Source of the DNA: Octopus vulgaris
Taxonomy: Eukaryota
Reading direction: 5' to 3'
NCBI GenBank assembly: GCA_951406725.2
Contig: OX597818.1
Coordinates: forward strand, 128,960,001 to 129,024,000
DNA length: 64,000 bases
Notes under the pieces: generated by a model
Database searches by the model: none
Seen by the model: only the letters and a program-made list of their open reading frames with translations
Told to the model about the DNA's origin: nothing
Position numbers and translations under genes: made by a program
Shown here: one piece after another, positions 38,827 through 52,309 of the stretch
Numbering within the stretch: the stretch's first letter is position 1
How the letters are laid out: every line of letters starts with the position of its first letter

Positions 38827-39443
38827 GGTATTATCTGTAAGTTGATGATTGAAAGGAATCTGTTCCTCCATTTTCTTATTTGTATTATGATTTTGAGGTA
38901 AAATATTTTACTTTCGCCCATCTAATACAATAAATGAACTAAGCATTTATGTATTAGCCTTTTGGGTACTTCACTGGCAGTATATTGGATAACTGATATC
39001 CCATAGTGGGTTACACTCATAACCCCTATCTCACTTTGTACTATATGTATGTATATCATCATCATCATCATCATCATCATTTAGCGTCTGCTTTCCATGC
39101 TAGCATGGGTTGGACGGTTCAACTGGGGTCTGTGAAGCCAGAAGGCTGCATCAGGCACAGTCTGATCTGGCAGTGTTTCTACGGCTGGATGCCCTTCCTA
39201 ACGCCAACCATTCCGTGAGTGTAGTGGGTGCTTTTTATATATATATATATACACACACATATGAGTGAGTGTATGTATGCATGTATGTATATACAGGGTA
39301 TAGTGAATAAACTGTTATCTAAATTATGCAAAAATGAAAATAACACTAACATTTCAAATATGACCTCACAGAAGGAGTAACTTTTGAGGCTTATTTTTGA
39401 AAAAGAATGCCCGGATTGATGGGTGATATGAAAACTTTCTAGC

Positions 39444-39659
39444 TAGCATTCAAACCGGCCATATCTGGTCAGAATATTTAACCTGTTTTATATTGAATCT
39501 GACCAGAGCTTGCCACTCACCTCAGCCCTACCATGTCATTCTAAAACTAAAAAAACCACATTACTGCAATCTCTAAACTACAAGATAATACATGATTAAT
39601 TCAAAAAAATATAAATAAACAAACATCACATTTGACAGAATAATCTGAACACTAAAGGG
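39444..39659. mobile_element. piggyBac-type MITE, opposite orientation to 34619, left end eroded
   Basis: TAGCATTCAAACCGGCCATATC ... CTAAAGGG-TTAA. Confidence 0.8.
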
Positions 39660-40535
39660 TTAAAAAAACTAGGGACAGTAGAGCATGAGAAGTACAGTAA
39701 CTTCATATTGCCAAAACAAGAGTCTGGTATAAATTTCACTGATACAGTCGACATTTTGTGCAAAATGTTTAGGGAAAAGAGCTCACTGTTTTATACTAGA
39801 TGGAAATGTTTAAATATAGAAAAGAGTGAAGATGAAGATTTCATTACTTACACAGGCAGAGTCAACAAAGAATGTGAGAAATTTAGGCTAGATATGCTTA
39901 CTCCAGATTCTTTCATGTGTTTGATTTTTGCACAAGGATTGACAATTTGAAGGGATGCAGAAATTCAAACGAATATTCTGTCAAAACTGGAAATGAACCA
40001 GGATTTGGCATTGAGAAACTGTCGGAAGAGTGTACCAGGATATAAAATTAAGGCATGACATGGAAGAAATTCAATGGAAAGAGTGTTTCCACATAAGATC
40101 AATGCAAGAATGCCAGAAGACAAATAAAGTGTTGCAGGAAAAACAGAGAAAATTTTGGGATGTAGACCCATGTATGGTATGTGGTAGGATGCACCTAAAA
40201 AAGATTATCCATATAAAAAAGCAAAGTGTTTTTGCTGTGGGTTTACAGGGCATATAAAATTGCACTGCAAAACTAGAATGATAAGAAAATGGAACAAACA
40301 AGAAAAAATAAATAGTTTGTCAGCAGGAAAAGTTGTGGCTACAACAAACAGAAAATTTGTGAATGTGAGAATTGAAAGCACTAGTGTCAGAATGCAATTA
40401 GACACAGAAAGTGATATCACAATCATAAATAAGAAAATATGGGAACAAATGGGTAAACCAAAATTATGTAGTTCAAATAAAATAGTGTACAGTGTTATGG
40501 GAAGAAAATTATATTTCTTGGGTAAACATATATAT

Positions 40536-40949
40536 AGGCACAGGTGTGGCTGTGTGGTAAGTAGCTTGCTAACCAACCACATGCTTCCGGGTTCAGTCCC
40601 ACTGCGTGGCATCTTGGGCAAGTGTCTTCTACTATAGCCTCAGCCCGACCAATGCCTTGTGAGTGGATTTGGTAGATGGAAACTGAAAGAAGCCTGTCGT
40701 ATATATGTATATATATATATATGTGTGTATATGTGTTTGTATGTCTTTGTTTGTCCCCCTAGCATTGTTTGACAACCGATGCTGGTGTGTTTACGTCCCC
40801 GTCACTTAGCGGTTCGGCAAAAGAGACCGATAGAATAAGTACTGGGCTTACAAAGAATAAGTCCCGGGGTCGATTTGCTCGACTAGAGGCAGTGCTCCAG
40901 CATGGCCGCAGTCAAATAACTGAAACAAGTAAAAGAGTATAAAAGAGTA
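40536..40949 (+). mobile_element. SINE A inside the Gypsy protease region
   Basis: family match. Confidence 0.9.
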
Positions 40950-40951
40950 TA

Positions 40952-41256
40952 TCTTTATATATAAAACTGAAGTTGTGTGAGTGTCTGTCTCCTACGATTT
41001 AAATTCCTAACTACTCCCACATTTTGCGGTGCAGTTTAACCAAAAGCGGGTATTTTATAGTCGTGATTCATATTGAGCCCTTCTGGGTATTAGCGCGCGT
41101 CTACGATGAGTCTACGATTTAAAAAAAAAAATTTACCATAATTTTTTTCCCATTTTTAATGCATTTTTTGCTATTATATAAGGGAAGTAACTCTCTAAAA
41201 ATGCTTATATAGTTATTTCCCTTACAAACCCAAGCAACGCCGGGCGATACTGCTAG
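40952..41256 (+). mobile_element. non-autonomous Helitron, copy 1
   Basis: A/TC start, CTAG/T end, subterminal CCC...CGGG hairpin; near-identical to 42770-43068. Confidence 0.85.
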
Positions 41257-41830
41257 TTTGTAATATAATATTCAAAGGTTAAACCAAAAAAGTGAAGGTT
41301 TATGTGTTGAGAAAATTTCAGGAATTTATTTGGCACCAAATGGATGAAGAAATTTAATTTATGGGATACACCCATAAGCACCTTGTGCAATAGCATAAAT
41401 GGAGCAGTCAAACAACTGAAGAAGTCCAATGGACTGAAACAAAAAACAAGTGATGTGGAACGTTGTGTGCGAACTACCAGTAACTTTGGAAGAAATAAAA
41501 AGAAATGTGAGAAATGACAAATTTATTAATGAGACAAAAAGAAAACTGTGGTCGACAAAAGGAAATAAAGAAAGGTCTGATGCAGAGAGCTGCCAAGATG
41601 TGAACTCTAGATGTAATGGTGTACTAATGTACGCTCAAAGGGTGGTCACACCACAGACATTACAGAAAAAAATGCTAAAAGAGTTTTTCATGTGGGACAC
41701 CCAGACATCTTTAGAATGAAAACACTGATGCAACGTATTGTATACTGGCCAAGCATGGACAAGGAAGTTAAAAACCTGGTAAAAGGCTGCAGAGGATGTG
41801 CGCTGGCAGTGAAACTACCTGTTATTATTA

Positions 41831-41885
<55 letters not shown>

Positions 41886-41966
41886 TATTATTACTATTAC
41901 TGTTGTTGTTGTTGTTGTTGTTATTATTATTATTATTCAGGTCAGTGAATAATGATGATGATGATG

Positions 41967-42021
<55 letters not shown>

Positions 42022-42044
42022 TGATAAAAATTAAAATAATAACA

Positions 42045-42225
42045 ATGGTAAAATACCTTAGGAATGAGAACTCAGGTTTGAAATTCCCCCAGGACACCTG
42101 ATGAAGGCTGGAGAGTACATCAGCCGAAACGGGTTAACAACAAGCAAGATGAGGACAAATATCCGTCAAATGTAAATAATGTAAATAATGTACATAATTC
42201 CTCATCTCCCAAATATAGAACTGTA
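42045..42225 (+). mobile_element. Penelope-like terminal-repeat fragment with a hammerhead core
   Basis: CTGATGA-A-GGCTG(loop)CAGCC-GAAAC at 42098-42130; follows a (TAA)n tract. Confidence 0.65.
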
Positions 42226-42769
42226 TTAGCTAGAAGATGATAGGGGTTTCCTCCCTTGCTTGCAATATGTATCGAGTGCAAATTGCATTGATAACCACCA
42301 AAAGGAGGCTCCTTGGGTTAAAAATGGTAGCTACATCAGTTCCTACAGAACATCCATATTGATGCTCAATAGGTAGGGGGGGCTCCAAAAGAGATCTCAG
42401 GGAGTAGCGTCCCTACCTTCTTGAGCTAGTTTTCCACCACATTTCTTAAAAATCATTGTAGAGGCCATGGTCTCAGGACCACTCATGTCTAGAAACTGAG
42501 GTTGGAGGTAAGCAAGGGTATGCTCCCCATAGAAAATCCAGCTCCAAAATAGCCTCATGATAGCAAAGGAGAATGGGCACCAGCCAGCCAGCCCAAAGGT
42601 TGGGCTGGGCTGCACCTACCTACTTTGGTTGCTATGGCATTGAGGTAGATCCAGCCACCTCTTTTAACGGGGATAAAACCTGGATTTAAAACATTGGATG
42701 ATGATAATGATGATGATGATGAAAATGATGATCCATAATGATGTTTGATAAACATTATTCTTAATAATA

Positions 42770-43068
42770 TCTTTATATATAAAACTAAAGTTGTGTGTCT
42801 GTCTCCTACAGTTTAGATTCCTAACTACTCCCACATTTTGCAGTGCAGTGTAACCAAAAGCGGGTATCTTATAGTCGTGATTCATATCGAGCCCTTCTGG
42901 GTATTAGCACGTGTCTACGATGAGTCTACGATTTAAAAAAAAATTTACCATAACTTTTTCCCATTTTTAATGCATTTTTTTGCTATTATATAAGGGAAGT
43001 AACTCTCTAAAAATGCTTATAAAGTTATTTCCCTTACAAACCCGAGCAACGCCGGGCGATACTGCTAG
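42770..43068 (+). mobile_element. non-autonomous Helitron, copy 2
   Basis: A/TC ... CCCGAGCAACGCCGGG ... CTAG/T. Confidence 0.85.
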
Positions 43069-43321
43069 TTTAATTATAAGAATATAATGGGACTTTTTTA
43101 AACATCTTATGTCTATGGGGATCCAGTTGAGTAAAACAGAAAATGGTTGAGAACCACTACACTTGATACTCTATACTACCACCATTACTACAACACAATA
43201 CCCCACTGCCCTACAATCACCTGATGGTAACCACAAGCACTAGTACCTGAACTAGATCTCCCCTTGTAAAATCTATCCCATGTCACCATCTGTCAACAAG
43301 ACAAAACAAACCAATAACATA

Positions 43322-43493
43322 TAGGTGCAGGCGTAGCTGTGTGGCAAGAACCTTGCTTCACAACCACATGGTTCTGGGTTCAGTCCCACTGTGTGAAACC
43401 ATGGGCAAGTGTTTTCTACTGTAGCTCCAGGCCAACCAATGACTTGTGAATGGATTTGGTAGATAGAAACTGAAAGAAGCCCCTCTCTCTCTC

Positions 43494-43526
<33 letters not shown>

Positions 43527-43531
43527 ATATG

Positions 43532-43612
<81 letters not shown>

Positions 43613-43847
43613 GCATGTAATTTTATATATCTGTGCTTGTCTTTGTGTTAGTGGTTTGTCTCCCACCACCTCCACCACCACTACCACTTGACAACAGGTG
43701 TTGGTTTGTTTACATCCTCTGTCACTTAGTATTTCGGCAAAAGAGACCTGGCTTAAAAAAAGTACTGGAGTCAATTCATTTGACTAAAAGCTCTTCAAAA
43801 TGGTGCTCCAGCATGGTCACTGAAACAAGTAAAAAATAAAAGATAAA
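43322..43847 (+). mobile_element. SINE A, older copy with expanded internal (TA)n
   Basis: family match. Confidence 0.85.
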
Positions 43848-44229
43848 CCAAAAAAACACAGAGGAGCTTCTATGTGGTTGTCCACCATGCTAGAAATAGC
43901 AGCTAAGTCTTGCTTAATCCCATTCCACTGTCTTATTAAAGGATTTGATGGCTAATGAAACCCTGGGTCCCTTACACATAGGAAAAAAATTGGATGGTCA
44001 TGATTGGATTGCTTTTATTTTTAATCCTAGGGCAGCTTGATTGATTTTCACCTGTAGCTAAACAACAATGACCATTACAAACCTACCAAACTATGAATAT
44101 TACCAGCCATATCACTGGACCCTGTGATGACCACCTTTAATGATATCACATACCACTGATACGACTGGACATCAATGGGGTCACTGGCAATGACCCCATG
44201 CACCTCAGCATCTTACATGAAATATTATT

Positions 44230-45650
44230 GTTGTCACCACCATCGTCACTGCCACCAACACCACCACCACCACCAATACTACCACCACCAATACCACCAC
44301 CACCACCACCACCACTACCACCACCACCACTGCCGCTGCCACCAGTGCCATTCACTACTATCGCCACCAGTGTCATCCACCACCACCACCACCACCACTA
44401 CTACTGCGATCATCACTATCACCACCACTGCCACTCCTGCCTCCACTGCATACCATCACTATCACCATCAACAAAGCAAGTATTGCCAAACACTACCGTC
44501 ATCACTGCCAATATCACAGTTATGCACTTTCAGCGTCATTGTTGACATCATTACTACTGCTGCCACCACTGTCACCACCAGCAGCAGCACCAAAACTACC
44601 ACCACCACCACCACATGTCATCATCACTAATCTTTTGTTACACGCTTCTATCACCACCACCACCACCACTATCACCACCACTGTCACCACCACCACCATT
44701 ACCAACACCACCACCACCACTATCACCACCACCACCACCACCACCACTGTCAATATCACCACCATCACTGCTGCCACAATCACCCCCCCCCCACCAGCAC
44801 TACCACTACCACCACCACCACTGTCAACATCACCACCATCACCATTGTCACCATCACCATTACCGCTGCCTACAATCACCACCACCACTACCACCACCAC
44901 CACCACCACCACTGTCAACATCACCACCATCACCATTACCGCTGCCACAATCACCCCCCACACCACCACCACCACCACCACCACCACCACTGTCAACATC
45001 ACCACCATCACCATTGTCACCATCACCATCACCGCTGCCACAATCACCACCACCACAACCACCACCGCCACTGCCACCCATAAATCGTTTGTCACACACT
45101 TCCATCACCAAAATCAACAGAACCCACACCATCTATACCACTAAATCACCCTACATCACCATCACAAACCTACACCAGATAACCATTACATCATCATCAT
45201 CATCATCGTCACAATGCTAAACACCACCACACAACCAACAATTTTTTGCACTCACCTTTACTGTTGCTGCTGTCACCTCACCCCCACCCTAACCCCACGC
45301 CACCCCCGTGGTCCCCCCACCCGCCATCATCGCTACCACTGCTACCATGAAGACAATGAAGATGACGATGATGACGACGCCGATGACGACCACCACCACG
45401 ACCACCACTACCACCACGACCACCACCACCAAAACTACCACCACGACCACCACCACTACTACAACCACGACGACGACGACCACCACCACCACCACTACCA
45501 TCACCACCACGAACACCACCACGACTACCATCGCCACCACCACCACCACCACTACCATCACCACCACGACCACCACCACCACCACCACCACCACCACCAC
45601 CACCACCACCACCACGAAAACCACCACCATATTGCAGGGCCAATAACTCT
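44230..45650. repeat. (CCA)n-rich compound microsatellite field
   Basis: direct reading. Confidence 0.92.
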
Positions 45651-46182
45651 ATCACACATGTCCATACCACATCATCTTGTCATACCACTTCCCGATTATA
45701 TGACATCAACATCACCCACATCATTACAGCACCATACGATTGAACCACACACACACACACCAACATACCGCCACATCACGTCACACCACACACGCACACA
45801 CGCATACACGCACACACATATCACACCACACACAATCAAACAATAACTAACCTTCCCCACCTTCGCATTCCCACAAACCCCCACCCTCGCCCAAAGAGTC
45901 AAGCAATCCATTAAGATAGAATTCAGTTTTTAATTACATTTGATTATCAAGTCAATTTTGAGTTGGTCATTAAACTAACCTTAACTGGACACTAACTGCA
46001 CAGTATTTTAAAAACGTTGCAATAATGAGGCAATGAGGGAAGCTATACGTGATCACAAGATCTGCTAGAAATAACAGCCAAATCTGCCTTTAATCACACC
46101 TTACTTTCTTAACCCTTTAACATTTACACTGGCAAAATCTGGCCAAAATATTCTATTTGTTTTATGTTCAAACTGCCCAAGC

Positions 46183-46363
46183 CACTAGTGTAGCTGGAGA
46201 GGCAGATGTAGTAGGGGTGGTCTGCCCCGGGTGGCACTTTTAAAGAGTGGCACTTTTCATCAAGTTGTAGGATATTGCTGTAGGCAATGTGTTTTTTGTG
46301 GGGTCTGGGGGCAGCAAATGGAAGGGCTGACCTAGGGAAGCACACACTTTAGCTACGCTAGTG
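46183..46363. mobile_element. hAT-type MITE nested in a piggyBac-type MITE (about 46113-46445)
   Basis: TIRs CACTAGTGTAGCT / AGCTACGCTAGTG; TSD GCCCAAGC / GGCCAAGC. Confidence 0.8.
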
Positions 46364-46649
46364 GGCCAAGCCCTGCCTTTCACACCGGTTCTACAATGTC
46401 ATTCTAAAAGTAAACAATCCCAAAATCTCAAAGCTACAAGATATCATTTACTATTCATTTGTCTTTCACTTGTTTCAGTAATTTGACTGTGGCCATGCTG
46501 GGGCACCACCTTGAAGGCTTTTAGTCAAACAAATCAATTCTAGCACTTTTACTGAACTGCTATGTTATGGGGATGTAAACACACCAACACCAGTTGTCAA
46601 ACAAAGGTGGGGAACAACCACAGACACAAAGATATAATGGTAATAATAA

Positions 46650-46872
46650 TCCTTTCTACTAAAGGCACAACGCCTGAAATTTTGGGGTTTGGCGGAGGGG
46701 TTCATTCAATTAGATTGGCACTGGTATGCAACTGGCACTTAATTTGTAGACCCAAAAGGATGAAAGGCAAAGCTGACCTCAGTGGAATTTGAACTCAGAA
46801 CATAAAAACATGAAATGCCGCTAAGCATTTTGCCCAGTATGCTAATGACTCAGCCAGCTCACTGCCTTAATA

Positions 46873-46911
<39 letters not shown>

Positions 46912-47157
46912 ATGATGATGATGATGATGATGATAATAATAATAATAATCCTTTCTGCTAGAGGCACAAGGCCTGAAATTTTGGGGGACGGGACTAGTTG
47001 ATTACATTGATCCCAGTGTTTTACTGGTTCTTAATTTATTGACTCCAAAAGGATGAAAGGCAATGTCGACCTTGGCAGAATTTGAACTCAGAACATAGTG
47101 ATGCACAAAACACCACTAAACATTTCGTCTAGCATGCTAATGATTCTGCCAGTTCAC

Positions 47158-47235
<78 letters not shown>

Positions 47236-47378
47236 CCTTTCTATTATAGGCAAAACGCCTGAAATTTGGGGGAGGGTGATAGTCGATTACATTGACCCCA
47301 GTGCTTAACAGGTACTTAATTTATCGACTCCAAAAGGATCAAGGCAAAGTCAATTTTGGCGGAATTTGAACTCAGAAC
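46650..47378 (-). mobile_element. three co-oriented SINE B (ATT-tail subtype) copies separated by (TAA/TGA)n
   Basis: copies at 46650-46868, 46948-47158 and 47235-47378. Confidence 0.85.
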
Positions 47379-47536
47379 AGTTGAAGACACACAAGATGTC
47401 GAAATATTGTTCACTAGATAACAACGGCACTCTTCTTTTAATTTTAACTCTATATCTTCAGGAGGAGTTACCTCAATCCTTTCTATACTACTACTACTAC
47501 TACTACTTCAAATGATAATAATAATAATAATAATAT

Positions 47537-47602
<66 letters not shown>

Positions 47603-47609
47603 TAATAAT

Positions 47610-48150
47610 ATGGATGGGCTAGCGATACCATCAGGGGAGGTTATGAAGCAGATAGAAGAGATGGGCTATAAGTACTTGGGGATATTAGAAATAGATAAAT
47701 CGATGGAGAAATAAATGACAGACAAAGTTAAGGTGGAGTACTTGCACAGACTGAGACTGACCCTAAAGTCAAAATTAAATGGATGGAATAAGATTGAAGC
47801 TATCAACACCTGGGTGGTTTCACTCCTTAGATCTGGATCTGGGATAATCGCATGGCCAGTAGACGAACTAAACAGCTTAGGTAGAAAGACAAAAAAGTTG
47901 CTGACTAGATATGGGATACTCCACCCAAAAAGTGACATAGACAGAATGTATGTACCAAGGAAAAGAGGGGGAAGAGGACTGATTGGATGTGAACACAGCA
48001 TTAGAACAGAAGAAAACAACATAGCATGGTATGGGTATGTAAAAAATGCCACAGAACCACTATTATTGGAAGTAAGAAGGTCAGGCTTGTGTAGAATAGA
48101 AGATTGCATAGATAAAGTATTTTACAAGCACTTGAGAATGAAGGAAAACT
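47610..48150 (+). pseudogene. R4/Dong-type non-LTR retrotransposon, RT C-terminal fragment
   Basis: YKYLGI...NKIEAINTW...HPKSDIDRMYVPRKRGGRGL; begins inside (TAA)n. Confidence 0.8.
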
Positions 48151-48565
48151 TTTACCACAATAGAGGGAGGAAAAGAAATTATCTAGAAATAGTTTAATAT
48201 TTATACATATGATATACTTAAATACTAACTTATCAGATGGTATCTGTGAATATTGATCAATTGGTATATACTGGTATTTAATAGGTTTTTTTATGACTAT
48301 ACTCACTATAAATTCTGTCAACTCCCTCAGTCCCATTCCTAACAGACATTGCTCCTTGTTCTCTTGGGCCTTAGATATAAACACTACTGATTCACTTGTT
48401 CCAAAAGACAAGTTGGTCAAGGTTAAAATCCCTTTGGCCACAAGACTGCCTGATTAAGTTTATCTGAGGTTAAATGACAAATCTAAGGGGTATAGTAGCA
48501 GCAGCAGCAGCAACAACTACAACAACAACAAGTGTAATAATAATAATGATGATGATGATGATAAA

Positions 48566-48620
<55 letters not shown>

Positions 48621-48621
<1 letters not shown>

Positions 48622-49095
48622 GAAAGACCAAAACAATAAAGTTTGCTTATTGATCGACATGAGCATCCCCTGTGATCATAATATCTCAGCGAAAGAGTTT
48701 GACAAGCTCAGAAAATATAAAGACCTACTCATTGAAATTGAGAAAATGTGGCATCTCAAGGCAGTTACAATACCAGTGATTGTAGGAGCACTAGGAATGA
48801 TCAAGAAGGGAACCAAAAATTATATGAGAATGATCCCTGGCTTACCATCCCTGCAAGAAGTGCAAAAGATTGTCTTAACTGGTACATCACACGTATTGAG
48901 AAGATCATTGTCGATGTGAGAACTGTTGCTGCTCATGTATTTTAATTTAACTTAAAAAAAAAAAAAAAAAAATGAACGAACTATTGAGTTTGGTTTAATG
49001 GCCTACCAATGTATACTATGAGTTTCTTTGCCCTAGGAGTCGGGAAGACACTTGGCAAGAAATGGAAGCAAATTTGAAAGAAGAAAAATAAGTAA
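48621..49095 (+). pseudogene. R4/Dong-type restriction-like endonuclease 3' fragment
   Basis: LLIDMSIP...KLRKYKDL...IPVIVGALG...QKIVLTGTSHVLR, stop, 3' UTR; (TAA)n on both sides. Confidence 0.8.
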
Positions 49096-49124
49096 TACTA
49101 ATAATAATAATAATAATAATAATA

Positions 49125-49384
49125 AAAACAGAAACAATTCCTATCATAGTAGGCGCATTAGGTATGATAAAAAAAATATTCAGACAAATACATAACAAAA
49201 ATACCAGGACTTACAAACATATATAACGTACAGAAAATTGCACTACTGGGCACTGCACACATCCTACACAAAACACTTTCAATACAGTAACCATCAGAGC
49301 ATCACAACAAACCACAGCACGTACCCAAGGCACACAGAGCTGCGCTCGGTAGTGAAGTGAAAGCACGATATAAAAAAAAAATTA

Positions 49385-49390
<6 letters not shown>
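49125..49390 (+). pseudogene. second R4/Dong-type 3' fragment (different subfamily)
   Basis: IPIIVGALGMIKK...QKIALLGTAHIL; flanked by (TAA)n. Confidence 0.75.
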
Positions 49391-49435
<45 letters not shown>

Positions 49436-49438
<3 letters not shown>

Positions 49439-49646
49439 GAAGGCACAAGGCCTAAAAATTTTGGGGGAGGGGACTAGTTGATTACATCGACTCCAGTACT
49501 CAACTGATACTTAATTTATCGACCCCAAAAGGATGAAAGGCAAAGTCAACCTCAGCAGAATTTGAACTCAGAGCATAAAGACGAGTGAAATACTGCTAAG
49601 CATTTCATCCAGCATGCTAACGATTCTGCCAGCTCACCGCCTTTAC

Positions 49647-49732
<86 letters not shown>

Positions 49733-49791
49733 TAATAATGATAATAATAATAATAATAATAATAATATTAATAATAATAATGATAATAATG

Positions 49792-49855
<64 letters not shown>

Positions 49856-50323
49856 TAATTGTTTCAGATTTAGGAATGATGTCAGAAACTTTTGAGGGTA
49901 AGGGTTAGTAGATTACATTGACCCAAATACTTGATTGGTACTTTATTTTACTGATCCTGAAGGGATAAAAGTTGACCTTGCTGAGATTTGAATCCAGAAC
50001 ATAAAGATTCAGAAAAAAATCTTGTAAGGCATTTTTTCTGAAGCTGCAACAATTAAAAAACAACAATAACAACAACAACAACAACAACAACAATAATAGT
50101 CCTTTCTACTATAGTCATAAGGCCTGAAATTCTGAGAAGAAGGGGAAGTCAATTACATTGATCCTGGTACTTGACTGGTATTTTATTTTATCGCCCCCCC
50201 GCCCAAAGGGATGAAAGGCAAGCTGACTAACATGGGATTTGAACCAAGAATATAAAATAACCGGAAGAAATGCCACCAAGCATTTTGTCAAATGATCTAA
50301 CAATCCTGCCAGCTTGGTGCCTT
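49436..50323 (-). mobile_element. three more SINE B (ATT-tail subtype) copies in (TAA)n
   Basis: copies at 49436-49642, 49860-50055 and 50100-50323. Confidence 0.8.
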
Positions 50324-51097
50324 AATAATTATTATAATAATGGTTTTTCTTTCGATTGAAATGAAGGCAACAGCTGTGGGGACAAAACAAGGACAAAATA
50401 CAAGTAAATGATGGTGGTGGTGGTGGTGGTAGTGGTGGTAGTGGTGGTGGTGGTGGTGGTGGAGTTTATGCATAATTGATGATGAAGAAAACGATCATGT
50501 GAAACAAAATTACAAGAGGAAATTAAATGAAATATTCCATTATGAGGAGAACTACCTAGGGCTAAACAAGGCACAACATATATCCATGATTACCAAAATT
50601 TTAAGTGCCCTATCACAGTTGTGTTCTTTGACTTACAGGGACATGCTGAGTGTCCCTGTAAGTGAGTGAGTGTCACTTGGGCCATATTCACCATTCTCAT
50701 CCTGCTTTCAGCAAATTTACTTGAGAGCAGTATCTGCTTCACCCAAGTTTCTTCTAATGGTGCTTGAAGAAGTTAATGAGGGACTGGTTAAAGAAGGTTC
50801 ATCATTTAGTCAAGAGGAAATGTAGTACTCAGTACTCTTTAAAGAGCTTCTGAGATTGGTGGGAGGAAGGTACCCTCAAACTTAAGGTCTGGCTTGAATG
50901 CTTGCAAAAAAGGGGGTCTCCACTAGAGAGAGTTTAAGACCATATGGAGGAGTAAAACCAAGTTATAAATTATGACTGTCCTCACTCCTTTTAATCCTTT
51001 AGCATTCAAGCCAGCCATATCCAGCTAAAATAATTTACCTGTTTCCTCTTAAAATCAGGCAGATCTGGCCTCTCACACCTATCCTACAATGTCATTT

Positions 51098-51395
51098 TGT
51101 GCCGGTGGCACATAAAAAGCACCATCTGATCGTGGCCGTTGCCAGCCTCGTCTGGCGCCTGTGCTGGTGGCACGTAAAAAGCACCATCCGATCGTGGCCG
51201 TTGCCAGCCTCGTCTGGCACCTGTGCCGGTGGCACGTAAAAAGCACCCACTACACTCATGGAGTGGTTGGTGTTAGGAAGGGCATCCAGCTGTAGAAACA
51301 CTGCCAGATCAGACTGGGCCTGGTGCAGCCTTCTGGATTCCCAGACCCCAGTTGAACCGTCCATCCCATGCTTGCATGGAAAGCGGACGTTAAAC

Positions 51396-51457
<62 letters not shown>
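51098..51457 (+). mobile_element. family E retroposon nested in a piggyBac-type MITE (about 50995-51556)
   Basis: internal tandem units, AGGAAGGGCATCC motif, (GAT)n tail; the MITE halves rejoin across it. Confidence 0.8.
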
Positions 51458-52309
51458 CATCATTGAAATCTCAAAACTATGAGATAATGCAGGATCAATT
51501 CAAAACAATATGAATAAATAAGCATTTCATTTAACAAAGTAATTTGAATGCTAAAACTCTTAGCCACCATGCAATTTCTTTTACTATAACCAGCCAAAGA
51601 AAACTGTCTGTTCTTCCTAAGTGGAAAGGTGGTTCCTTATGATGGTCATAGAGGAAAGATGGATTTATCCTAGGGGTGACAACAGTTGTTGCACATTATT
51701 TTGTGGCTACGTGGTAAATAGCTTGCTAACCAACCACATGGTTCCGGGTTCAGTCCCACTGCGTGGCATCTTGGGCAAGTGTCTTCTGCTATAGCCCCAG
51801 GCTGACCAATGCCTTGTGAGTGGATTTGGTAGACGGAAACTGAAAGAAGCCTGTCGTATATATGTATATATATATATGTATGCGTGTGTGTGTTTGTGTG
51901 TCTGTGTTTGTCCCCCTAGCATTGCTTGACAACTGATGCTGGTGTGTTTACATCCCTGTAACACCTGACATGTGGCCAGCTACTTTGCATTTAACCTTTG
52001 TATGTATAATTTCTCAGTTCCAGTTACTCACAATAAATGGACTTCGACAGGTATGTTTGGTGACTTTCCATGTATTTAATTTTTGTATATGACTACCTCT
52101 CCTTCTTCCCTTATTTCCTCATCTCTTGCTTCTCCATATTCTCTAGCAACCCCACCCCACCTACCTACAATCCTCTCTCCTCTGTCTCTGCTCCTACTCA
52201 CCTTGTACCTCGAGGGTATATCCTAGATACCTACTCCCTAATATTTTATTTCTTTTCTAACTCCACTTGATCCTTCATACCCTTTCTGCTAAATGTGAGT
52301 GGCCATATA

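Larger units (their letters stand above)
39357..41822 (+). mobile_element. second decayed Mag-like Gypsy element (gag, protease, integrase HHCC; RT/RNase H absent)
   Basis: SLFYTRWKCLNIEK, MQLDTESDITII, GHPDIFRMK...YWPSMDKEVKNLVKGCRGC; interrupted by a MITE, a SINE A and a Helitron. Confidence 0.85.
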
